Positions 52,692 to 64,000 of a DNA stretch of 64,000 nt are shown piece by piece. The notes beneath the pieces are model-generated. The model was given only the letters and a program-made list of their open reading frames with translations, was not told the origin of the DNA and made no database searches. How positions within the stretch are numbered: the stretch's first letter is position 1; the number at the start of each line of letters is the position of its first letter. The position numbers and the translations under genes were made by a program. The stretch covers positions 17,980,001 to 18,044,000 of the forward strand of contig CM022679.1 of assembly GCA_012295275.1 (NCBI GenBank), in the 5' to 3' direction. Origin of the DNA: Chrysomallon squamiferum (taxonomy: Eukaryota; Animalia; Mollusca).

Positions 52692-55309
52692 GCCATGTCA
52701 AAAATAATAATAATAATAAAAGAAAAAATTAAAAAAAAAAAATTAAATGATCAATTCTCATCAGTATTTCTCATTTCCTGCCTGGCTGAATATTTTGGCA
52801 AATGCTCTCTTCCTTTAAAAATTTGGTAAAAAGGAAAATTGATAATTATCAAAAAAAACAAACCAGAAAACACCCAGAATTCTTTTTTCGTATTAAGAAT
52901 ATATAAATTTTTATTTATTTCTTAATAAGTTCAGATGAAAATTTACAAAACATTGTTTCATTGATTTCTAAATGAATAATTTATTTCTGATCCACACTTA
53001 TTTTTTTATTTTTTATTTTTTTAAATTAATTTAACAATCAAAGTTCATTTATATCTATTTATCATAATTCATTTCTAAAAAGTTAAATTATTTATTTTAT
53101 TTTTTTATATATAAAGTTTTTGAAATGCAAACAAAAAATATGATTGTATTTTTTTTCTTTTCTTATCTTAATATTATTTCATTTCCTACTGAGTTATTAC
53201 ATTTTTATCAACATATTTTGTTAGTTATTTTTACCTTAAAATGAAAACATTTAAAAATATATTCATATGGTGAATAACAAAAATTCAAATACAAAACAGT
53301 TTTGTAATAACATGGTTTCTAAGCCAAATTTAACATGGGCTCTGATGAAAAGTGAACATTGTTTTCTAATTTATTTTTTTGATGTGGCCTCCTGTTTATG
53401 TTGTTGAGTTTAGATCTGTATATCTGTAATGCATAGATTTAGATTTTTCATTAACATTAATTTTAAACAGACTCCCTAAACATTTTTATTTCGCATTTAG
53501 GTAATTTTTTATTTGCAGAAATTTAATACAATGCATAAAGATAAAAAAAAAATATTATTTAGGTCAAATGTTTTTAAAACATTATGGTTCATCAGTAGTA
53601 ATAATATTCATTTTTTAATTTTAAGATTTTAATTATTTATCAGCTTAAATTCTTAATTTAAATTAGTTAAAGAAAAATGCATACATTTATTGTGAAAAAT
53701 GATAAGAATATGACAAACAGTAAATTATTGTAATCATATTTATTCTTTTTCATGGGAAATTGTTAATGTGGGCAAATGTTTACCTTCATAGAAAAAAGTT
53801 TTTGTTTCTTTATCAACTTTATTTGTTTGTTTTTTTGTGTGGTTCAGAAGGAAAGTCAGTGTTTTAGGGGGGTTAAATGAAAATAAAATGTCTATGAATA
53901 CACAGTGTGAATGTGTGAACCACAATGTCTGCTGTAGATTGTATAGAATCAGCTTGTTTTCCCACTAAATATACATGTGCCACACTCAGGAAATAAATAG
54001 CTACATCTTATTTTACTATTTGCATACATTACATTCATATAAAGATATGATACATTTCTTTAAAATTACTTCTAAGCAGATATAAATTTAATTTAAGCAG
54101 ACTGTTATTATTATTTTTTCAATTTTAAATTCTAACTACTCAAGTCAGACAAAAAAAAAAAAAAAAAAGAAGAAGAAAAAAAAAAAACCCAGAAAACAAC
54201 CACAAAAAAACCCCCAAACACAACACAATGAAATGTTTGTAGGTTATTTCAAAGGATTGGTGTGTGTTTTTTGAATGTGACTGTGCATGTGATTGTACAC
54301 TCATGCATGAATATGAGACGTATGAAGTATGTTATTAAATCCTTTGTTGTTGATGTATTTTGTTGGGGATACTGACATAAGTGACCCTCAATCCAAAAAT
54401 GCACAGGACAAAAAAGACCCCTCTGAATGAAAAACAAGGTAGTACAAAAGTCACCCCCTCACCAATTAAAAACAAAGTAGTACAAACACTCCCCAACTTA
54501 CAAAATATTCTATCATTGTTTAATATTATCTGTGACATCTAATCATCAAAATCATGGAATTTATGTAATTAGTTATTTGGTCAGGCTTTAAAAAATGACT
54601 AACTTTAAAAGTGATGCATATAATTAGCATATGAAAAATGACATGGCCTATCTTAGAAAATGATTTTTTCATGAAGTCATAATATCCAATGACATTTGGA
54701 ATTTACATCAGCTTTTGGTATTATTTCCAGAAATTATATTCAGTTTTCAAAATGTCATAATTTTATCCCCTGACATTGGGATTTCATTTTTTAAAAATAT
54801 TGTTTTGAATTGTTCTAGTTAAGGAGTAAGAGGGCAAGTATTGATAATTTATTAGAAATATTCCTGAAGTAACTGTTTTTAATTACCTTCAGAAAGTAAA
54901 CGATACTTTAATATGTATCTCATATAATAGAACATATAGCTGAAAGACAGAACCTTGGAGCCTTTGGAACCTGATTGTTCAATATTTGGTTGGTTCTAAT
55001 CCCAGAACAAATGTTTGGATGATTTTCAGTTCTGATTTGACAAAGCAGTATATGAGTATATATATTTTAAGTGATTAAAAATTAAATTTATTCTGTTTTG
55101 AATATTATTAATTACATACTGGGTCTTATCTACACTTTTGAGATGGACTTTTATTATATATTGTCTTCATTGTCAAATTAAAAAAAAAGAAAAATATTAA
55201 TAACATTATATTTTGGATTATAAATATTCAACTTTATAATTTGCCTATAATGTGAGCCACTGCATAGAAAGTAAGCATTTCTCACACAAGACAATAATGA
55301 GATAATCAT

Positions 55310-55930
55310 CTGATAAAATGTTAGGTCAGTTTTTCTTGGTGTTCTAGGATTTGTGCATAAATCTCAAGTATTCATCTTTCTCCAAAGGATGCTTAAATTA
55401 ATAAATCATAGTAGAATACATGTTTTTTGGCATATTTCTGAAGCATACCATCGTAAACTGGCTAATAAAGCTAAAATAGAGGCAAAATTGCTAATATTCC
55501 CTTGTATTTTTTATTGCACTAAGCACTGATAGCCACTGTATGCCATACAACAGAAGAACGGTCATGAAGTCAGTTTTCATTATTCATTGTTTTGTTTGAT
55601 ATTAAAATGAGCTACACAGCATTTTTGGTCAATCAAAAGGATACTACAGTGATTTGCATGTAAACAGTGGAGTTTAGTTGCTATGACTGGGCTTAGAGGA
55701 GCATGCTGACTGGCCAGACACTTTGAGTTTTGCCACTCTAAGACACATAAAATTATGTTGTTTGCAAAATTCTTGCAATTCAAGGTGAATTTAACTCAAT
55801 TTTAGGACATAAACATAACTATACAATAAAAACAAATGCAGTTCTATTCTGTGAATCCAAGACATTTTGCTTCAAGTGTTGCTTAGTTCCATCAGAGAAA
55901 ATACAAATAGTGGTCAGATCATAGATAACT
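55310..55930 (+). repeat. Dispersed repeat family R2, copy B
   Basis: Collinear diverged match to 24700-25450 (same shared blocks as copy A). Confidence 0.75.
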
Positions 55931-57873
55931 TTTGTTTGCAATCAAATCACGTGAAGTATAAAGCTAAGAAAACTATTTTATGATTCTGTTTCAAGTATCC
56001 AACTTAGCACATCTGCACTTTAATTGCCTTTTGTCTCATGTTAACAGACATTTTATTGCCCCTAATTAGTACTTTCAACAACTTTTTGGAGTGGGCTTCA
56101 AGCTTTAACTGAGTTTTTATATTGCATAAGATTGTTGTCCTTTTAAGTAACACATACATTTTCTGAAATAAAAAAAGTAAATGATAGAAAATTGAAATCA
56201 GTGAAGGCAAAAATGGAAGGTCAACTGCACTTTTCACTCAGAATGCTAATCCATTGTTGCTGAAACACTATGCAGGCATGTTTTTCAAAGTTTTATGACT
56301 TAAGTTATCTAAATACCCATTGTTTTTCAATTAATGATTCGGAGAAATTCTGATTTTGGTAACACAAAAAAGGTCGTTTCTGAGTATGCACAAAACATTT
56401 TTTTTTTTTTTTTTTTTTTTTTATTATTATACTTTTAATATGTGAATATCTTATTTTTCATTTTTGAATGCAACAGGCTATTTTCAATGGAGTGGCTCAC
56501 ATATATGTAAAATTCAATGTTTGGATACAGTATGATAAGAATTTGAAACCATCTACTTGAAGAATTTGAAGAATCTTCTTGACACCATATGTTAGTTGGC
56601 TGAATGTTGTTAAGTTTACCCAGATTTTGAACAATCAGACTAATATCTGCAAGTTTGAAAAAATAATAGAATGAAAAGGTTTTCATTAACTGTTAAGGAC
56701 CAGGTTGAAAGTTATAATAAATAACAATGTCAGTAAATGTTAATATCAGTTAACTAAAATTCCTAAAGGAAGTACACTTGATTTCAGATTTTAAATACAA
56801 ATTCCAAAAAATTAATAATAAAACTTACTCTTTAACTAGCTATCTAGATTAGCACATGGTTTTAAATCGTAATTACAGTTCCCATAATTAGGACCTTAAA
56901 GCATTATGAAATAAGTGCCTTGTCTTTGAAAGATGAATAAAGAATGAACAACATGTGTGATAATGGCTATAATGAAGATACATCAGATTGTCTGTATACA
57001 TGCTTAAGTGTATTCACTTAGTTTTGTTAACTCTAGCACATTCATCAGTGTGTACAGCAGAGTGCAAATAAAGTGGAATGAATGTAAAAAAGAAAACAAA
57101 ATACATTTATCGAACTTTAACATTAGAATGTATGAAATTACAGCAATTTTATGATAAATTTTATTTATTTTTTTGTCCCTAGTTTACACAGTACAGATTG
57201 CAATATATTTATAGTAAGTCAGTATATGTTTTTCAGAAAATTACCGAATATTTGTAATTTGAGAAATAAGTTGAATAATTTTGAAAGTATTTTTTACAAG
57301 TTGTACAGCTGTAACAAAAAGTTTTACCAGAAAACAACAAAATACATTAAACAAAGTCTGAAAACTTTAATAACTATTGAATTGAATATTGGTAAGTAAA
57401 ATTGAGTGATCTCCTGTTGTTTCTTCTTTCCACCAAAAAAAACAAATAAATAATATGTTGATGAGTAATAAACTTAACTGATTAGAAAAATCTGTGCAGT
57501 TAGTTCTGTAAATGAATACATAATATCAGTGCAGAAATATGGAAAATTTAGATAAAATTTAAATCGAAAAACATTATAAAATAAATAATAAATGCTATGG
57601 CCGACAACTTTTATCCTGTTTTTATATTTTTCTATAACTTTTTGACATAAAGAAAGGATTTCAGTTTAAAATAATAATGGTTATTCTGAGAATATTTTTA
57701 TTTTATAGTTTACTGAGTAGAGATTCAGGTTAGGTATTTTAAGCCCATTTCTATATACACAACCTATCTATGTCTAACAGCATTTCTTAACCCAGTTATC
57801 AAAATTACTTGGACAAACATAGAATACATCTGTTTATATATATGTTTAAATAGCTGTTGTTTCAGGATGATAA

Positions 57874-58062
<189 letters not shown>

Positions 58063-59323
58063 TGATATCATTTTTAACTTATTCATTTATTGTTTTGATT
58101 TTCATGTTTTAGATTCTATGCAGAAAGTGAATGACCATAGATTGTTCAGAGTGATAAGTCCATATTAATGTTATATTACTATGCAGTTGTTTCTTTTTTC
58201 AATTCTGCTGTTAGTAAAATAAACTAATAGTTGAAGTTGCAGAAATTATGGAAGTAAATATCAACATTATTTAGGAGGAGGGGTGTTTCCAGTAATAACA
58301 AAAGTTGTGTATATGTGTGCTGCCTATTACTGTGTCCACCCCATAAACAAATAACATTAATTAAAAAGAAACTTAGAAATAAAGTCTCCAAAAGCATGTA
58401 TGTTACTGTAAATCAGGAAGATGAGTGCCCAACCCTGGGATTAATGCAGAACTTTACTCCATCGATTCCTTGACAGTTGGATCTGTTGTTGTGTCTATTG
58501 CAAACAGAATTGACATTCATCTGGCCACATAAATGTCACTGCCCAGCATCAAGCAACCCAGCTGTTTTCTGATAGTCATTTTGTGACAGATGTGTCAATA
58601 TGAAACAATATTTTATAAGTATTATTTGTTTGTTTTTCAAAGGCATGCATGCATAAAGCATGAAAATTATGTTTTTAGTTGTGATGGGATGCCATCATGA
58701 AACAAGAGCCAGTCAGACATATACTTGTATAGTTTGGCATATAAGCATAGTTGTTTTCCGTTATATTTAAGTAGCATTGCTAAAAAGGTATTCAATATTT
58801 CAACATGCATACTTTCTTTTTTTGGCTCAGTATATGACAGTGAAGCAGATTATTTTCACTGAACTTCTGATTAGCTATTTTAAAATGACAATGATTTGTT
58901 TTTCAGTATAGTAGTGCCCCTTCATGATCCAACATTGACATACAGCAGGATGTCCTTTAACCAGATTAACTTCAAATGTTTCAAATATAGATCTTAATTT
59001 CTTTCAAAACCACACTTGATGTGATTTTTTTTTTTTTTTTTTAATTATTATTTTTCTTCAGTTAGAATATTCAGTTTTTTCTTTCTAACAAATGTGAAAC
59101 TACTCATATTGAAAAACAAAGTATCATATAGAAAACACAATCATCGACCTAAAACCTGTAAATTCTTTGATTAATGTGGTATACAAGTCAAGTTTACACC
59201 TCTGATAAAGAAGTAAATAATCAGTATGATGATGTGTGTATATATTGTACAAATTTGTGTAGTTTCAAGAAGGCTGTGTTAGCTAATAATAATGATATAA
59301 CAAGTTAATGAAATTAGATATGA

Positions 59324-59542
<219 letters not shown>

Positions 59543-59840
59543 TGATTTCTTTATTTAAAGAGATCATTCTTTGAAAAAGAGTTAAAAGTACATATTCTTT
59601 GATTTAAGTATTTAGAAAATCCACATGATGTGTAAAATGTTTGATGCTGATTACTAAAAAAAAATATATATGATAATATTTTTAAAATACTTAAGAGGTC
59701 CAAGATCAGTAGAAAATGAGGTAAAAGATAGTTTAATATAATTGTTGTAAAGTGTTTAAACCATTAATTCTCTAAGATAATTTAGTAATAGAACAAAGAT
59801 AATCATTGTTACAAAAATTTGAAATGTAGTTTTCATTTAA

Positions 59841-60068
<228 letters not shown>

Positions 60069-60323
60069 TAAAACTAGTAGTAATTAATTTTTACCTACAA
60101 ATTACTTTCTTCTTTACATTTTTATATATTTAAATTAGTACATTAAAAAGGAAAAAATTTAATCTTTATTTTTTTTTTTCCCTGTTTTGCATCAGAAATA
60201 AATAAATATGCTACATAAATTAAATATTAGTCTATAATTAAGGTGTACTTACACATCAGTAAAATATATTATTTAAACAAAATTGAACTGATATTGTTTT
60301 CATTTCATGTTGATTATTTGTAG

Positions 60324-60446
60324 TATCCATCACCTGAATGGGACACAGTAACACCAGAAGCAAAAAATCTCATCAATAGTATGCTTACTGTGAACCCAGC
60401 CAAGAGAATTACAGCATCAGAGGCACTCAAACATCCATGGATATGT
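60324..60446 (+). CDS. CaMKII: CaMKII exon 10 (123 nt): [41 protein letters not shown]
   Basis: tgtag acceptor; |gtaagt donor. Confidence 0.97.
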
Positions 60447-60743
60447 GTAAGTTACCAGGAAACATTAACTTGCTGCAAATGTTGTGAAACAGATATTTTT
60501 AATATGTTTTATCACAGCATTCCAAGTCAGAAAAATTATACATAACATTTTATAAAGTCCATGAATAAAATTATGTACTTCACTAAATCTTAAGATTATT
60601 TCTAATGATAGTACTTATTTCTTTCCAAATCCTGAATTCTTAAAATGTTTGACTTAAACAAATTTATAGCTTCATTAATTTTGGACATTCCTATTTTCAA
60701 TAATTAATGTCAAAATTATTTAAGTGTTTCTTTTTCTCTACAG

Positions 60744-60827
60744 CAAAGAGAACGTGTTGCATCTGTGGTTCACAGACAAGAAACTGTGGATTGTCTCAAG
60801 AAATTCAATGCTCGTAGGAAACTTAAG
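60744..60827 (+). CDS. CaMKII: CaMKII exon 11 (84 nt): [28 protein letters not shown], containing the autonomy Thr (T286/287; codon 60783-60785)
   Basis: ctacag acceptor; AAG|gtgagc donor; RQET motif. Confidence 0.97.
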
Positions 60828-63771
60828 GTGAGCAGATTGTTTCTACTTCTGTAAATTTGTATGATTTGTTTTTGAAATTAAAACAGAATCTGTTTCATAA
60901 AAAATTTCATTTGCATTTTCAGTAGATGATCATAAAGAGGTTATTGTACATGTTTTGAAAAAACACATTTTGGTTTAGCAATGCTAACATTTCCAGAAGA
61001 TTAAACATGGCTTATTTGTTATCTGTTAATGACTAAAAAAACTAATGCTCATGATCATGGTCATATTTTCAAAACCTTTAAATCAGTATTCTCTAGTTTT
61101 TGATTCTTTCTAATTATCACTTGGCAACTAATGTTATACCAAAATTTAATTCAGTCTTAAAACTGAAAATAGCTTTGAAAAGGACATAAGAAATTGTTGT
61201 AATCTGGGCTTGAAAAACTACAACTGAATGAATAGTATGTATTGAAATTGTGAAATAAATAACATGCTTTAATACAAAATCAAGAATCTTTAACACTTCA
61301 TGCAGTAAAGAGTAATATCCCTTCTATGCCACAACATTTCAAAAGCCAGTATGCAAACAACAGTGATGCTTTTGTGGGTTTCTTTTGATGTGAGTTACTG
61401 TAACTACATGAATCTAGTTTATGTGTTCAGCATGTCAAATTACCTTTTCAATATGTAAAACCAAAGCTGAATTTTTATGAAAGTATCCTACTCAAAAACT
61501 GCTTTAGAAATGTGATTTTTTAAATATAAGATTTAGAGTTAAGGTGTGCATATTAACCAGTTTCTGGATGCAACCAATATCACTTAAATATGCATTAAAG
61601 CAGTAAGGATAATTTTGGGATTTTTTTTTGAAACATTGTTCCAGTTGCTGTGTCAGGCAGAGGCTTGTGATTTGTTTATTAAATGCAATGTATGTGCTTT
61701 CATAAGGGAAGATGAATGTTAAGGATCCTTTGCTGTTAGCTGAAAGTGAATAGGTTGTTAGGTTCTAGTTGATTTTAGATGTTTAAGATGAAAAACATAA
61801 TATATATATATATATATATATAAAACAGAAACAAAAACAATAAAAATAAACCATGAAAAAAACATGTTCCCATATTTTATTTACAAAGATTGTCATGGAT
61901 TTGTTTATACTTATTTTTCTTCTTTTTTTTTTCTTTTCGTTATTATTTTTTAGATATCACACAGTGTATAGTGATAGTGTATACTTTGATAACGTCATGC
62001 CAAAGTTTGCACAGCCATTTAGTTTATTTTGTAAATAGATTCATTAATTCTTTTTCATTATATCTAGTGATCTTGTTCATTTTGATCATTAGATATCTGA
62101 AATGTATATATATTATTTGATCTGGGGGAGTCTTCAAATCATCATTCTTATCATTGAAATATTCAGATAAATAGGTCTGTGAATTATTGACTACCTACAG
62201 TAAGCAGACTTGTGTTCTTGACCCATTAGTTGTATACATTGATCATTATAACAGATATGCTTAATAATGTTAATCACACATCATTTCATCTCAGCTTTAA
62301 TATAATTGTAATACGGTAGGTAGCTAATTTCAATTAAATAATTAACATTTTTTATTTTATTTAATGGTCAATTTTAAATTTAATATATTAAAATGAAATA
62401 ATTTGAAATAGAAATTATTCAATAACTTTTTAATGAATATCTGTGATATATGAATGCATGAAAACAATGGTCTTTGGACATGGTATATGTATATGCCATG
62501 TATATGCATACCCAGATGTGTATTTGTGATATGAACATAGTCATCTATCCAAATTCATGTGGCTTTCAAAAATGTATGACTTTACAGCTATACAATATAG
62601 TATTGAATGTAGTGTGTATGTGGAGTGTAATTTATTTTTAGATGGGTATTACACTGTTACTGCCAAATGATTGTCCAGATAGAAAGAAAAGACACTGAAC
62701 AAAAGAAAAATGTAATTATTATCAAGTGGTTTATTAATGAATTAGTTAATGTTTTATATTGTATGTTTAATTATTATGATTATGTGGTTTCAGAATGTAT
62801 GTGTTAGTATGTTTTACATAACATGAAATGTTTGGTTGTGATGCTGTCTGTAAGCATAAAATATTAGATTGATTGTATTTTGAGAGAAAGAATATGCATA
62901 TATTACTCCTTTAAGATACCTATCTTGTGGTTACATATTGCCCATGTGAATATAGTTTCCAGATCAGTTTAAAGAATAAATGAATACAAATATTTACAAT
63001 GTACAGTATGGATAGCATTTTATAGTGCTCAGCATTATTGTTGCAAAGTGATTTTGATCTTTGTGAAAGCTTGTCTCTTAATAATCTTGAGAATGCAGGT
63101 CATATATTGGTATGTGATAATCTAAACTCATGTACTGTGTGTCCAGCTAGAGTTAAGTATAATAGATATGTCACTGCATGTCAATCAAACAAATAATACA
63201 TTTGAAAAATAGACGACGATATGTTGATTCAGTGTGTATAACTGTACACTGGTTTAGTTTGTTAGTATTAGATTTTCAGCAGTATTGTGCAGTTTCATTT
63301 ACTCACTCTTGGTATGGTTATTTTTTTTAAATAGTAATCATTTACTATGAGCCCATAATTGTGTTTTCGTGATCAAGTTAGAATAAATTCGATTTTGTGT
63401 CAAAAAAGGTGGAAAAAGACTTTAAACACTGAGCTTAGAATTGTTTAGTATTTTATGAAGGATTCCAGTTTGTAATATTTCTTAGATGATAAATATCTGT
63501 TAGTAATTGTTTTTTCATTTTTAGTTTGTATAACAGGCTATGGAAGCATTGAGTTTTAATGTTTTAATTTATGATTTAAAAAAAAAAAGAAAAAAAATCC
63601 TATATGTATAAAATAAAGTTTATAATGTCAATGAAAAAAAGAAGACTGAAAAAGACACAGCATGTGCAAAATACTTATTGGTTTTAAATAATTTTAAACA
63701 GACAAAGCTTGTACAAATGTTGTTATTGACCTATACCTTATATATGTTCTGAAATTTGTATTTAATTTTAG

Positions 63772-63814
63772 GGTGCCATCCTGACCACAATGCTGGCAAC
63801 AAGAAATTTTTCAA
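63772..63814 (+). CDS. CaMKII: CaMKII exon 12 (43 nt): GAILTTMLATRNFS, CaM-binding segment with inhibitory T305/T306 equivalents
   Basis: tttag acceptor; |gtaagt donor. Confidence 0.96.
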
Positions 63815-64000
63815 GTAAGTAAATTTTAAACTGGAATTGTCCATTCCAGTCTTGTTCGTATATCTGTTACAATGTAAAGGTGTGTGAAATTGAATACTTG
63901 CAGAAACTAGGCATTAATTTTTACAATACTTCAAACATTCTTAATAAAAAAAAATATTAGGTTTCCTATTGAAATTTCATTTAATATAATATATTTGTGT

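Noticed and set aside
52676-52795. Possible hairpin covering the 7a GC donor (gcagg/cctgc; aaatattt/gaatattt)
   Set aside because: Short, AT-rich and interrupted; not distinguishable from chance by eye.

Overview
AT-rich, CpG-poor animal genomic DNA, probably a protostome invertebrate (inference). It is not prokaryotic, and most of the supplied ORFs are spurious. The whole window lies inside one large + strand gene encoding Ca2+/calmodulin-dependent protein kinase II (CaMKII). Ten canonical exon positions (equivalent to vertebrate CAMK2 exons 3-12) splice in frame and cover the kinase domain from helix alphaC through the Thr286/287 and CaM-binding regulatory segment. The introns hold decayed transposons: a Ty3/gypsy LTR element with intact LTRs, PBS, PPT and TSD, plus Tigger/pogo, hAT, MULE and Sola2-like elements and several MITEs. 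The main discovery is an apparent mutually exclusive exon system in the catalytic core. (1) There are two 73-nt copies of the HRD catalytic-loop exon (47174-47246 and 48473-48545), with a long-range intronic RNA duplex bridging the intron between them and a second stem just downstream. (2) There is a second 103-nt copy of the DFG/activation-loop exon (52589-52691) in which DFG is replaced by DFD, the activation loop is rewritten and the donor is a non-canonical GC. Whether these alternative exons are actually spliced in cannot be shown from DNA alone.
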